From: an uncultured virus (IMG/VR IMGVR_UViG_3300031687_001200)
Lineage: Duplodnaviria > Heunggongvirae > Uroviricota > Caudoviricetes
Length of the DNA: 64,000 bases
Virus record (IMG/VR): IMGVR_UViG_3300031687_001200
Reading direction: 5' to 3' (one strand)
The position numbers were made by a program, and so were the translations under genes. The stretch's first letter is position 1, and each line of letters opens with the position of its first letter. The notes under the pieces were generated by a model. The model did no database searches. It saw only the letters and a program-made list of their open reading frames with translations, and was not told the origin of the DNA. Below, one piece after another: positions 1 to 9,945 of the stretch.

Positions 1-25
1 ATAGTAAAAACATTATAATAAAAGG

Positions 26-54
26 TTGACACTGGTGTCATTTTTTGTTATACT
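26..54 (+). promoter_or_regulatory. sigma70-type early promoter
   Basis: AAAGG-TTGACA-N17-TATACT upstream of ORF 92. Confidence 0.75.
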
Positions 55-91
55 ATGTATATAGGTTAAACAATAAAACGTAGGAGTTTTT

Positions 92-619
92 ATGTCAAAG
101 TTAGTAATTCAAACACAATATAGAGAGAACTATTCAGCTCATAACGAGGACTATGTGTCCGGAGTTAGTGCTGACCATTGGAAGTTCAAGGGTGGTTCTA
201 CTTATGTGGTTGAGAACCTCACGCCTGCTCAGGCAATGAAGATTGGAGTACACGGTATTCCAACTCTTACGGATATGATAGCATATTCAAACCCGGCTTC
301 AGAAGAATACATTCTGGATTACGAGGTTGTTGAGGACGACAATGCTCCTGTTTGTGAAGAGTGGGAAACTCCTTATGTACTAGAGTATGACACAGACATC
401 AAACGATGGAGAGCTACTAAGTTCACTTTCAATGGTGACATGGGTTATATGAAGAACGACATCATCAGCAAAACAGAAAGCTGGTTAGTTGTTGCTGAAG
501 AAGGCGGCAGTGGTCGTGAAGACTACAAGGCATTGTACACAATGTCAGATGGTCATACTGGATTAGGCGACTCTTTTCTAAGAGAGTGGTTTGCCCAAAA
601 CGAAAAAGAAGACTCGTAA
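92..619 (+). CDS. hypothetical phage protein
   Basis: 175 aa ORF with GGAG RBS downstream of a promoter; N-terminus KLVIQTQYRENY. Confidence 0.75.
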   Translation: MSKLVIQTQYRENYSAHNEDYVSGVSADHWKFKGGSTYVVENLTPAQAMKIGVHGIPTLTDMIAYSNPASEEYILDYEVVEDDNAPVCEEWETPYVLEYDTDIKRWRATKFTFNGDMGYMKNDIISKTESWLVVAEEGGSGREDYKALYTMSDGHTGLGDSFLREWFAQNEKEDS

Positions 620-643
620 GCGTTCTTGCTTACAAATTAATAT

Positions 644-720
644 ACGCTCTTAGCTCAGCTGGATAGAGCAACAGCCTTCTAAGCTGTGGGTCAGTGGTTC
701 GAATCCACTAGGGCGTACCA
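644..720 (+). tRNA. tRNA-Arg(TCT)
   Basis: Acceptor stem ACGCTCT/AGGGCGT, anticodon arm ACAGC-CTTCTAA-GCTGT, T-loop GGTTCGAATCC, encoded CCA. Confidence 0.95.
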
Positions 721-748
721 AAAACGTAACATTAATAAGGAAAGTAAA

Positions 749-985
749 ATGGAAGTAGACGTGCAACAGCAGATAACATTTGTTGACTACAAGTTTGTCC
801 GAAACTGGCAAAATGGTGGTAACGTTATTATATTCGACAAGGAATTATCAATGGAACAAATGGATGTTCAAATTGGTGATAGCTTTGTAGTAGATATTCG
901 TGATGACCAAGTTTGCTTTGTGGCAGTAGATTTTCAAGAGGAGTTGGAGAAAGAATATAGCCAGCTAGACTTGTTTTCTTCTTAG
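749..985 (+). CDS. small hypothetical protein (possible AbrB/MazE-like swapped hairpin)
   Basis: ATG 749 with AAGGA RBS; track start 686 lies inside the tRNA; QMDVQIGDSFVVDI resembles AbrB-like pattern weakly. Confidence 0.55.
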   Translation: MEVDVQQQITFVDYKFVRNWQNGGNVIIFDKELSMEQMDVQIGDSFVVDIRDDQVCFVAVDFQEELEKEYSQLDLFSS

Positions 986-1036
986 GCAACAGAGGGATGC
1001 CTCTGAAACATAAACTTATATGAGAAAGTTTTGATA

Positions 1037-1121
1037 GCCCGAGTGGTGAAATAGGTAAACACAGTAGACTTAAAATCTGCCGCCGACAGGCTTGACGGTT
1101 CGATTCCGTCCTCGGGCACCA
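1037..1121 (+). tRNA. tRNA-Leu(TAA)
   Basis: GCCCGAG/CTCGGGC acceptor stem, anticodon arm GTAGA-CTTAAAA-TCTGC, long variable arm, GGTTCGATTCC, CCA. Confidence 0.95.
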
Positions 1122-1270
1122 AACTAAGTAGGTCTCATTGCCCTACTATAAATAATCGAATGAGTGGTGCACTCGGCCCCTTGGGTTTTATTCCCCAAGT
1201 AAAATAATTGAATGAATGGTGCCCAGGTATAGGCAACACATAATTATTATTAACTAGCATAAGGAGAAGC

Positions 1271-1444
1271 ATGGCATTGAATAAATCAGAGAGTACTATC
1301 AAACGAGAGAAGGAAGAGTCTGATCGTTTGGTCCAGGAGTATTTAGATAGAGGCGGCAAGGTAACAGTTTGCGAACCTTTTGCTATTTCTCCACCAAGTG
1401 AAAACCCGCCCAATAAGTGGGGAGCAAAAAAGAAAGCAGACTGA
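1271..1444 (+). CDS. 57 aa SutA-like small protein (RNA polymerase-binding domain-like)
   Basis: Not in ORF track; AAGGAG RBS; MALNKSESTIKREKEESDRLVQEYLDRGGKVTVCEP...; EYLxRGGKV motif resembles SutA; TATAAATA promoter upstream. Confidence 0.6.
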   Translation: MALNKSESTIKREKEESDRLVQEYLDRGGKVTVCEPFAISPPSENPPNKWGAKKKAD

Positions 1445-1492
1445 TGGACCGAAACAATAACCCTGACACCGTAAATTCACATAAATAGTAGC

Positions 1493-2005
1493 ATGAAAGA
1501 ATTTATAAAAAGTGCAGGGTTATTGTTAGGTTGCATTGCTCTTGCAAGATTCATTGACTTGCCAGCAAATGTAACGCCATTTATGGCAATGGCAGTCTTT
1601 ATGCCATACATGACAAGCAATCGCTTGTTACAACTAGCACTTCCAACTACACTATTGTTTGCCACAGACCTTATAATTGGGCTATATGGACCGCTTATGC
1701 TGTTTGTATACGGCACTATGCTCCTCACAGGGCTCTTGTCTCGGCTTTTACATAAGGATAACATACAAACACTACTGGGTACTTCTGTGTTAAGTGTTGT
1801 TTTATGGCACTTTATTGTTAACGGAGCAGTGGTATTCTTTGGTAGTGGCTTTGGCCCATTAACACCAGAAGCATTATTGTTTGATATACGATTGCTTGTA
1901 AGTACACTTGTATTTTCAAGTATGTTTTATGGAGTAAGGAGTTTGTTTACACAAGAACAAGCAGATATAATACAAATAAGTGAATATAAAAATGTCAGAC
2001 TTTAA
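1493..2005 (+). CDS. membrane protein, DUF6580/ECF S-component-like putative transporter
   Basis: Multiple TM segments; PANVTPFMAMAVF and LFATDLIIGLY motifs. Confidence 0.6.
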   Translation: MKEFIKSAGLLLGCIALARFIDLPANVTPFMAMAVFMPYMTSNRLLQLALPTTLLFATDLIIGLYGPLMLFVYGTMLLTGLLSRLLHKDNIQTLLGTSVLSVVLWHFIVNGAVVFFGSGFGPLTPEALLFDIRLLVSTLVFSSMFYGVRSLFTQEQADIIQISEYKNVRL

Positions 2006-2540
2006 ATTAGATTTAGTTGATGCTAGGAATCCAGCACTTCATACAGTAGCAAGTGTTAATCCATTTGACGACAAAGAAGCAAATTGGGAAGAACGTGAAC
2101 AAGAGATGTTTGGACTTATGGAAAGACGTATGGGAGTTGGCTTAGCCTCCCCACAGATAGGCATGGGTTATAGAATGTTTGTAATGACATTCGAATCAGG
2201 CGAAAATATTGGGATATACAATCCAGAAATTATAGAATCGAGTGACGAAACAGCACCAATGGAAGAAGGATGTTTAACATTCCCATTATTGTATTTTATT
2301 GTTACTAGACCAGCAAAAGTTAAAGTTAAATTTCAAACAACAGATGGCACAGAAGTTGAAGATTGGTTAGAAGGTAGAGATGCAAGATGCTTTCAACACG
2401 AGTTAGACCACTTAAACGGTAAACTATACCTAGAGTATGCAAGTGACATGAAACTTAAACGTGCAATGAAGAAACGTGATAAACTGTTTAATACGTTCAA
2501 GTTGGACCAGGACTTGCAACGATTAGATAATGAGTCTTAA
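1992..2540 (+). CDS. def: peptide deformylase
   Basis: GVGLASPQ, EGCLT, QHELDHLNG motifs. Confidence 0.95.
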   Translation: MSDFKLDLVDARNPALHTVASVNPFDDKEANWEEREQEMFGLMERRMGVGLASPQIGMGYRMFVMTFESGENIGIYNPEIIESSDETAPMEEGCLTFPLLYFIVTRPAKVKVKFQTTDGTEVEDWLEGRDARCFQHELDHLNGKLYLEYASDMKLKRAMKKRDKLFNTFKLDQDLQRLDNES

Positions 2541-3378
2541 TTACCCGTTCTGGGTAAATGACTTTGATAGAGTTAGAGACTACAAAGAACAATTCCCACT
2601 AGCAACTAAAATATTTGAAAACCCAGTTTCTTTTTGGTACGGCAGTCGTAACGGAAAAGAGATGGAACAAATTGACTACAGCCTTCAACGTCTATTGCGT
2701 AGAACGGCTCCTCAGTTGCCCGTATTAGTCGTGTACAACATGCCTAATAGAGATGTGGGGCAATACAGTAAAGGTGGTGCTACAACAAGGGAAAGTTATT
2801 TGGATTTTCTTAAGAGTTTTGCTGATGGCATAGGTAGTAACAAGCCTATTCTTATATTCGAACCAGATAGTTTAACTCACACAGGTGATATGAATGACGT
2901 TGAAGCACAGGACCGTATAAGTTTAATGAAAGAAGGCTTACAATTACTCACAGACAATTGTGATGCATTAGTATATATTGATATAGGGCATAGTAATTGG
3001 CTTAGTCCAGCTGAAGCATCTAAGTTGTTGGATAAAGTAACAAATCATAAGGTCAGAGGTTTTGCAGTTAATGTAAGTAACTACAGAACAACAAAAGAGA
3101 GTATGGAATGGAGTTTAAAACTTTGTGAACATAGACCAAATGATTATTTTGTTATAGACACTAGTCGTAATGGCAATGGCCCACATGGCAATGAGTGGTG
3201 TAACCCACCAGGTAGAGCAGTAGGTGAAGAACCAACATGTGATACTGGTGAAGAACAATGTGATGCATTCCTATGGATTAAAATACCCGGTGAAAGTGAT
3301 GGCAAACTAAACAATGGTCCTAGAGCTGGAAGGTTCTGGGGAGAAATGGCGGAGGATTTAGTAAAAAATGTTAATTAA
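2530..3378 (+). CDS. glycoside hydrolase family 6 (endoglucanase-like)
   Basis: VVYNMPNRD, FEPDSL, YIDIGHSNW, NVSNY, IDTSRNGNG, WCNPPGR, WIKIPGESDG motifs. Confidence 0.9.
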   Translation: MSLNYPFWVNDFDRVRDYKEQFPLATKIFENPVSFWYGSRNGKEMEQIDYSLQRLLRRTAPQLPVLVVYNMPNRDVGQYSKGGATTRESYLDFLKSFADGIGSNKPILIFEPDSLTHTGDMNDVEAQDRISLMKEGLQLLTDNCDALVYIDIGHSNWLSPAEASKLLDKVTNHKVRGFAVNVSNYRTTKESMEWSLKLCEHRPNDYFVIDTSRNGNGPHGNEWCNPPGRAVGEEPTCDTGEEQCDAFLWIKIPGESDGKLNNGPRAGRFWGEMAEDLVKNVN

Positions 3379-3958
3379 ATATACTGATCCGTGGGTACAT
3401 TATGTATGGGAAGACTTCCTCACATTTGACGAACAAAAATACCTTTATGACCGATGCTTAGATGAGTTGCCTAAAGAAGAATACGAATCAAACGAGATGT
3501 TTTACTTAAATAACGAGTTACAAAACAATGCGGGTGTACAGGAAGTGAATTATGACTCTGTACTAGAAACTAAGATACAATCACAACTACTTCAAATGAG
3601 TAATCAATTAGAATATGTAGACAAAGGTAAATGGAGCGTAAGTTATAATATTACTAAAAACTTTAAAGACAAACAGTTATTCCCACATAACGATGACTAT
3701 GAAAAGTTAGGTCAATATGGTGCTGGAATGCTTAAAGTATTAGTATACTTGGGCAATGGCACAGACGATTATACTGACTGGGGTACTAAGTTATACACTG
3801 AAGATAACAACGTAGATAGTTTTAAGAAAGAAATTAATTTCCAGCCTGGAACATGTTTTTTATTCGAAGCGAATAAATATTCATACCACGGAACAGAATT
3901 TACTAATGGTATCAATGGGTACCGATTTATGCTAGGAGCAGAATATGTCAATAAATAG
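3368..3958 (+). CDS. 2OG-Fe(II) oxygenase superfamily protein
   Basis: PHND (HxD), WGTKLY, SYHG, downstream R. Confidence 0.7.
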   Translation: MLIKYTDPWVHYVWEDFLTFDEQKYLYDRCLDELPKEEYESNEMFYLNNELQNNAGVQEVNYDSVLETKIQSQLLQMSNQLEYVDKGKWSVSYNITKNFKDKQLFPHNDDYEKLGQYGAGMLKVLVYLGNGTDDYTDWGTKLYTEDNNVDSFKKEINFQPGTCFLFEANKYSYHGTEFTNGINGYRFMLGAEYVNK

Positions 3959-4277
3959 AATTAAGAATACATTCGCAATGATATGCTGGCTTGGATATGC
4001 ATCATTATCCACATGCTATACAGCACCAGCCAATGCCGAAGAAGTTCCAGTTCAATGGCAGACATGTGCGGCTTGTCATGGCGCACAAGGACAAGGACAA
4101 GGAATGTTTCCTAAGTTAGCAGGACAAACTCCAGACTATCTATCTGGTAGACTAACAGCATACAAGAACAAAGAAAAGGTTGGCATGAATAGCTCTATGA
4201 TGTGGGGCATGTCTGCACAATTATCTGACCAGGACATAAAAGCATTGTCAGAATACATATCAACATTGGGGAAATAA
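3945..4277 (+). CDS. class I c-type cytochrome (c553/c4-like) with signal peptide
   Basis: CAACHG heme motif, PKLAGQ, Met ligand in SSMM, LSDQDIKALSEYI. Confidence 0.9.
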   Translation: MSINRIKNTFAMICWLGYASLSTCYTAPANAEEVPVQWQTCAACHGAQGQGQGMFPKLAGQTPDYLSGRLTAYKNKEKVGMNSSMMWGMSAQLSDQDIKALSEYISTLGK

Positions 4278-4948
4278 TGGATAGTTATTGGGAATGGAAT
4301 AAAGAAAACTTTGATTGGCACTATGATCCTAGTAGTAAACAAAAGGATGTAACGTATGTTGGTAGATTCGTACACGAAAACTTAGAAGCAGTAGTTCAAA
4401 GTACAGTTGACCTTTTAACAGATGAAGATTACTATAACGAAGTTAGTATTAAGGGCGAGCCATATAACGAAGAAGCTAGAGAGATTATGGAAGGTTACCA
4501 TAACGATTTAACTAGAGCAGGATTTAACGAACATAACACTGGTGGCAGACAAACTAGACAAAACTTGAATACATTATTTCAAATAATGGCACAGGCATCT
4601 GGTTTATGGAATCCCCAGATAATGTTTTTAGAACAACCTCCCGGAAAGTTTGTACCTTGGCATAGAGATGCATACAATAACTATAGACGGAACTTTGCTA
4701 AAGTAGACGACGATACAGAGGTTATTAGATACCTTGTACAACTGAATGACTGGCAATGGGGTCATTATGTTAGTGTTGGCAACGAAGTAATACATCAATA
4801 TAAAATGGGCGATATACATTGTTGGCCCGAGGGTATATATCATGCTACGGGTAATGCTGGGTTATGGCCCAGATATGCATTAACGATTACAGGGTGTGTT
4901 GGTCCAGACAGTTTACATTTAAAAACGCCAAAACAGTATAATTTATGA
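4277..4948 (+). CDS. cupin/2OG-Fe(II) oxygenase-like protein
   Basis: QPPGKFVPWHRD (HxD), YHATGNAG, PRYALTITG. Confidence 0.65.
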   Translation: MDSYWEWNKENFDWHYDPSSKQKDVTYVGRFVHENLEAVVQSTVDLLTDEDYYNEVSIKGEPYNEEAREIMEGYHNDLTRAGFNEHNTGGRQTRQNLNTLFQIMAQASGLWNPQIMFLEQPPGKFVPWHRDAYNNYRRNFAKVDDDTEVIRYLVQLNDWQWGHYVSVGNEVIHQYKMGDIHCWPEGIYHATGNAGLWPRYALTITGCVGPDSLHLKTPKQYNL

Positions 4949-5634
4949 ACGCATTTAAAAAAATAAATGTTGAGTTTGATTACATTAAACTTCGTAATGA
5001 TGTTTCTAATGTAACTAAGCAAATAAAAGCAGAAGCAGTAGGCACAGCATCAGAAGGACAGTCTACTAGAAATATATGTTTAACAGTACCCACACAAGAT
5101 AGCGATGACTGGACAGATGGTAGTGCTGGTAAAACTTATGCTAATAATCAACAAACACGATACGATTTAAAAACACAATTCGATGCAAATGCAAATGAAA
5201 TGATAGATGAGCATTTGTACATACACCCTATTAGTCAAATTAAAGGAACATACTTAGAAGAATTTATAAACAGTTTTGATGATGTGTATAGATGGCGCAT
5301 AAGTATGCTACCACCAAGAACAACATTAAGTATACACAAAGACGGAAGTCCTATGATGTCTACTTTTAACAGCAATGGTGCTATTTTAGATTGGAGATTA
5401 CATTTTCCGATTACTACTAACAACAGATGCTTTTTAGTTAATTGGCCTGAGCACTTTACTACACCCAAAGAAGATGGCGAAACAGTTCCTCTAGAAATGG
5501 CGCATTTTAAAGCAGGTAGTAGTTATTTGCTGAATACTAGCATGACTCATTGTGCAACGAACTACAGTAATGTAGAACGTATACACTTAATTGCTAGTTT
5601 AGGTTCTGAGTCTACTAAGAATTTTTCTGTATAA
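4945..5634 (+). CDS. Asp/Asn beta-hydroxylase-like 2OG-Fe(II) oxygenase
   Basis: SIHKD, RLHFPITTN, THCATNYSNVERIHL. Confidence 0.65.
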   Translation: MNAFKKINVEFDYIKLRNDVSNVTKQIKAEAVGTASEGQSTRNICLTVPTQDSDDWTDGSAGKTYANNQQTRYDLKTQFDANANEMIDEHLYIHPISQIKGTYLEEFINSFDDVYRWRISMLPPRTTLSIHKDGSPMMSTFNSNGAILDWRLHFPITTNNRCFLVNWPEHFTTPKEDGETVPLEMAHFKAGSSYLLNTSMTHCATNYSNVERIHLIASLGSESTKNFSV

Positions 5635-6364
5635 CAAACGGATTTTGAATACTCCACATAGGCGGTAGTCTTCTAGTTGTTACTGTAGCGTCTGGAAATG
5701 CTGTTTGAGCTCTTTGTGTTAAATAGTCGTTATTCCAAAACCATGTGTAGTGTTGAGCTTCTAGTACAGCATCATCGCCTGTAGTAGGCACTCTATCTAT
5801 ATTAATTCTAGAATCGTCATTATTAATTAAACAGAACACATTACTGTTTTCAGTCTTTTCAACAATCTCATTATCTAACATACCATATTCATGTGTACGT
5901 CTTACAATAAAATAGTTAAGTGCAACTTCTCTTAAGAACACACTAAAGATAACTGTTCCACCTGGATTCAAGTGTTCGTAACATTCATCTAACTGACGAA
6001 AAAGTATTTCAGGATCTTCGTTTGCTGTTTTCATGTAAGTAAAGATTAAATCAAACTTCTCATCTCCACTCCATGGTAGAGGAGCGTCAATATCTCCGCC
6101 TGGATTATTCATTTGGTTATGAATGTTCCATGCTCTAAAATCTGCATCGGGAAAGTCTTCTATACCCAGGTCTAATGCTTCCTGGTCATATTCAAATACT
6201 GTATAGTTTTCTTCTTCTACTAGATTCTCTGGATCATTAAGTAGTGTACCAGCATTGCCGTACAATTCTAATACTTTTGCTGTAGATAAATCTATTGTGA
6301 TATTTGCACTTGCTAGTGCTGTTGATACGAAACTGTGCTTAGGCACATAGGCTTCAATTGTCAT
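5615..6364 (-). CDS. class I SAM-dependent methyltransferase-like protein
   Basis: KVLELYGNAG, KFDLIF, HLNPGGTV motifs. Confidence 0.65.
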   Translation of the reverse strand: MTIEAYVPKHSFVSTALASANITIDLSTAKVLELYGNAGTLLNDPENLVEEENYTVFEYDQEALDLGIEDFPDADFRAWNIHNQMNNPGGDIDAPLPWSGDEKFDLIFTYMKTANEDPEILFRQLDECYEHLNPGGTVIFSVFLREVALNYFIVRRTHEYGMLDNEIVEKTENSNVFCLINNDDSRINIDRVPTTGDDAVLEAQHYTWFWNNDYLTQRAQTAFPDATVTTRRLPPMWSIQNPFVIQKNS

Positions 6365-6408
6365 GTGTAGTGTCCTTGGTTACTTATTTACTTAATTACA
6401 GTAACTAT

Positions 6409-7044
6409 TTATATGCCGATACCGACATCACCACCAAAGTCTTGAACATCTTGTTCAAAATCTGCAGGATCTATTGTTACTGGAGATAAAACTTTTGGAA
6501 AAACATGGCATGGTACACATTGTGATGCACCAGCTCTTATAACTTCACCGGTAGTTGAATGTTTAAGCCATACTGTGCCAAACATTGAATTTTCTGTTGC
6601 AACATTTGATGAAGCAACCATTTCCCAATCCCATCGTTCTTGCACATTAGCAGGAATACCCATTCTGTTAACCATGATCCTATCTTCTCTATTATTAGGA
6701 CCCAGACCAGGCATGAACTCGGTGGTTATGAATGTTCCGTCTCTTTGTTGGAAACTTCTGATATCACTTTCATGCAGATCTTCTCCCAATTCTTCTGGAT
6801 ATGTCGAAACTAGCCAATGCAATTCTTCTGGCCATTCATCATTACCATCTGGGTCAACTGGTGGGGATTGGCTAGGTGCCAAATAGTCTTCTGGCATGTG
6901 AGGGAATTGTCTAAGTCTTGTGGTTTCTACGTTATCAACGTATTTGTATATATTTTGACCGCCATCTACAGTAGTATATCGTAGATTGTCAATTTCAAAG
7001 GTTAATCGGTTTTGTGTGTAGTCTATTACCCAATCCAACTGCAT
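6409..7044 (-). CDS. hypothetical protein, paralog of 19115-19690
   Basis: Shared YTTxxGG, DPDxNDxW, WLxxxYPE, PCxVFP motifs. Confidence 0.7.
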   Translation of the reverse strand: MQLDWVIDYTQNRLTFEIDNLRYTTVDGGQNIYKYVDNVETTRLRQFPHMPEDYLAPSQSPPVDPDGNDEWPEELHWLVSTYPEELGEDLHESDIRSFQQRDGTFITTEFMPGLGPNNREDRIMVNRMGIPANVQERWDWEMVASSNVATENSMFGTVWLKHSTTGEVIRAGASQCVPCHVFPKVLSPVTIDPADFEQDVQDFGGDVGIGI

Positions 7045-7045
7045 G

Positions 7046-7972
7046 TTAAACTCCTGAAGGGTTTATGTCTTGTAATTCTTGTTCTTGATCTGTATCTAAT
7101 GGACTCTCTTCTTCAGGTGCATGTAGTTCACCGTCTAAATAGTGTTTTGCAGATGAAAGGTATTCTCCTGCTTTAACTATTTTGGCTTGCCACCAATGAG
7201 GGAAGTCACCGTCCGGTAACTTATCTAGCATTTTATATAAATCAACACTATACTTGCCCATTTTAAATAATTCTTTTCTAAGCATATCTGCTTCGTTATC
7301 AACATGCCCAATAACATCTTTCTCTACTGAGTCTTCTTTGATTGCATGTTTGCCTGTGCCGCCACAATGATCACAGCCTTTGCCTTTACATGATTTACAT
7401 TGTTTGTATTTTGCTTCTTGCATACTTTCAGGCTTCCATATTGCAATAGCTTGGTCCATTATGCCTTTAGCTGAATCATCTGTTTCAAAACCACACTCTG
7501 TTGCAAAATCCATAGATGAACTATAATACATGTCATCTATATCAGCACCGGAATGTTGTAATTCATTTGCAATCTCTTCTGGAGTTTTGCCTAGTCTAAG
7601 TTCTTTGCCATTTACAAAAATATAGAATGATTGGTCTTCAGTACAACCAACTACACTTCTTTCTTCTTGTATTGTTTTTTCTTCCAATCCAGATAATTTT
7701 CTAAGTCTGTTTAAACCGTTAACATCTTCATGAGGATTAACTGAAGGGACCATATTAGGCTCCTGCTTTCTCATAGTCTTTTCTTGCGAGTATTCTCTTT
7801 CTAATCCAGGCATCTTAATTTGTAGTTGCCCTAGTGTAAGTTGTGGGTATTTAGTCATTGCCCACTGAAAGAAGTTACCGATACCAAACTGTGTTCCTTG
7901 GCTGTTATCTCGCTTTGCATCAGCTTTAGCAGATGCTGTTTTAAAGTTTAATACTTTCTTATCTTCTGGCAT
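7046..7972 (-). CDS. acidic modular putative head (internal) protein with CxxCxGxG zinc-finger
   Basis: CKSCKGKGCDHCGGTG; RLRKLSGLEE motif; C-terminal DFPHWWQAKIVKAGEYL domain. Confidence 0.55.
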   Translation of the reverse strand: MPEDKKVLNFKTASAKADAKRDNSQGTQFGIGNFFQWAMTKYPQLTLGQLQIKMPGLEREYSQEKTMRKQEPNMVPSVNPHEDVNGLNRLRKLSGLEEKTIQEERSVVGCTEDQSFYIFVNGKELRLGKTPEEIANELQHSGADIDDMYYSSSMDFATECGFETDDSAKGIMDQAIAIWKPESMQEAKYKQCKSCKGKGCDHCGGTGKHAIKEDSVEKDVIGHVDNEADMLRKELFKMGKYSVDLYKMLDKLPDGDFPHWWQAKIVKAGEYLSSAKHYLDGELHAPEEESPLDTDQEQELQDINPSGV

Positions 7973-7973
7973 G

Positions 7974-9683
7974 TTAAATTCCTGATAGCTTTTTAAGTTG
8001 TGCTAACGATGATTCGAATTGAGCATTTTCGTCTACTTCTTCTTCTTTATCTTCGTCTTCGTCTACTTCGTCTTTGTCAGCATCATCTTTCTTACCATTC
8101 TTTTTATCTTGATATGCTTGTAGCCCTGCAGGTAATTTACCTTCTTCAACTGCCGATTCTGTCTGAGCATCTTCACCATAGTCTCTGTGAATTTCATCAT
8201 AGTCCCAAGCATTGTCGTAACGTATATTAAATTCTTCTCTGCTCATATCCATAGCATCTTGAATAACGTCTTTCATTTTGCCTTCTTCTAAAGATTCTGA
8301 GTCTGATTGTAAATAACTTTTTGCAAGTTCTTGATACTTTCTAATCATATTTTCATCAGCTTTGCCTACATCATATGCTTGATACAAATCATCAAAGTCG
8401 TCTAATGGTCCATCTGATAACATATTTGAAAAGACTTCATGTGTAAGTAATGTATCACATTCTTCGCTACCTGGTTTACATTGTGCAAATGCAGTCATCC
8501 AATCTTGAGGTCCATCAATATTAGCAAACCACTCGTCTCCACCTTCTTCAACAGCGTAATCATCTCTAATATTGCCTAAGTCTACTTGTGGAAGTGTACT
8601 AGTTTCTTCTTCTACTAATCCCTTGGATTTAGCAAAGTCTAACATTGACTGTAAGCCAACTGTTTTTTGTATAGTGCCTAGGAAACGTTCTCTTGCTGAT
8701 CTCTCTTCTCCCATTCTAGCACTTGATAGCATATCCATCATTTTCTTTAATGCTTTGGCTTCACCAGCCGAAACATCAACAGTATCGCCATCGTCTGTTT
8801 GGACACTTGTTTTTGGTGAAAACTTCTTAACTTTCATAGCATCTACTTCTTTACTAGCATCATCACTATCAATTACTTTACCTAATTGATTAATCATGTT
8901 ATCTTGCTTAAAGCCAGGTCGGTAATCATCACTATCTACTTCTGCTTCAGGTTCACTCTCCATATCGTCAAAATTGATAGGCGCTTCTGAAAGTAATCCT
9001 GAAAGATATTTAACTACGTCTATTTGGTATGCATTTTCTGTTTTCATTTTATTATCCATTAATTTGTTTACAAATAAGGCATATATGTTGTTATTGTACT
9101 CACCCATATACCTTGTAAAAATCTCTTTGCGACTCCCTTCATCAGGAGCACTTATAAATGCATTTCTAAATGCACTTGCACTTGCAACTAAGTTATCAAT
9201 TCCTCTGTCGCCCCTACCAGCTATAGTTGGGGTAATATAGATATAACCTCTCTCGCCCATCGGTAAAGGCGGATGTTGCTTTAATGTATTTATCATCTGA
9301 TAGTACTTTGGTCTAGGTTCTCCGCGTACAGTCATGTCTAAACCTGTTGAATCGTCTATATTGTTCATTGGAAAACGTTGATCGTCTTTTCCACCTACTG
9401 CAAATATGACCATTGTGTTTTGTTGGTCAAATTGTGCTTTATAAGAATCAACTAAGTATGGATTGGCGGCAAGTATTATCTTATTCGCCGGTATACCGTG
9501 TGCAGTAGTCATTATTGTTGATTTTTCTTGAAAGTTAAATGGGCTCTTGGCGCCATCTACTTTATTTGATGAAGCAATGTATACATCTGCATCTGGAAAT
9601 TTAGCTTGAAGTCTATTATAAACTTCTGCATGATGTGGCAACATTGGTTGAAACCTGCCTGGGTATATTACTATTTTCTTCAT
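7974..9683 (-). CDS. T4-like cytidylyltransferase domain fused to acidic modular tail
   Basis: N-terminal YPGRFQPMLPHH (HIGH-like), SPFNFQEK, SASAFR; ends QLKKLSGI. Confidence 0.7.
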   Translation of the reverse strand: MKKIVIYPGRFQPMLPHHAEVYNRLQAKFPDADVYIASSNKVDGAKSPFNFQEKSTIMTTAHGIPANKIILAANPYLVDSYKAQFDQQNTMVIFAVGGKDDQRFPMNNIDDSTGLDMTVRGEPRPKYYQMINTLKQHPPLPMGERGYIYITPTIAGRGDRGIDNLVASASAFRNAFISAPDEGSRKEIFTRYMGEYNNNIYALFVNKLMDNKMKTENAYQIDVVKYLSGLLSEAPINFDDMESEPEAEVDSDDYRPGFKQDNMINQLGKVIDSDDASKEVDAMKVKKFSPKTSVQTDDGDTVDVSAGEAKALKKMMDMLSSARMGEERSARERFLGTIQKTVGLQSMLDFAKSKGLVEEETSTLPQVDLGNIRDDYAVEEGGDEWFANIDGPQDWMTAFAQCKPGSEECDTLLTHEVFSNMLSDGPLDDFDDLYQAYDVGKADENMIRKYQELAKSYLQSDSESLEEGKMKDVIQDAMDMSREEFNIRYDNAWDYDEIHRDYGEDAQTESAVEEGKLPAGLQAYQDKKNGKKDDADKDEVDEDEDKEEEVDENAQFESSLAQLKKLSGI

Positions 9684-9943
9684 TAAACTTCCAATACTTG
9701 TATGGTTAAATTAGTAGTGCCTTTTATTATTTTGTGTTTTATCTTTTTAGATATATGAATCACTAAACCCTTGGTCATTTTTTGTGGAGCATAGTTTTTG
9801 AATTGGAACATCCAATCGCTATTATTAATTACTTTTACGAAACTACTACATTTATCTAAGTGGTATTCAAGTTCGTAGTCATCGTTGATAATTTCAAACT
9901 CTTTAAAGAAACAACTTTGTGTAATGTATTGTGTAGTATTCAT
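9683..9943 (-). CDS. hypothetical protein
   Basis: 86 aa ORF filling the gap in a tightly packed minus-strand operon. Confidence 0.55.
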   Translation of the reverse strand: MNTTQYITQSCFFKEFEIINDDYELEYHLDKCSSFVKVINNSDWMFQFKNYAPQKMTKGLVIHISKKIKHKIIKGTTNLTIQVLEV

Positions 9944-9945
9944 GT

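Noticed and set aside
686..748. 5' part of track ORF 686..985
   Set aside because: Lies inside tRNA-Arg; ATG 749 has an RBS
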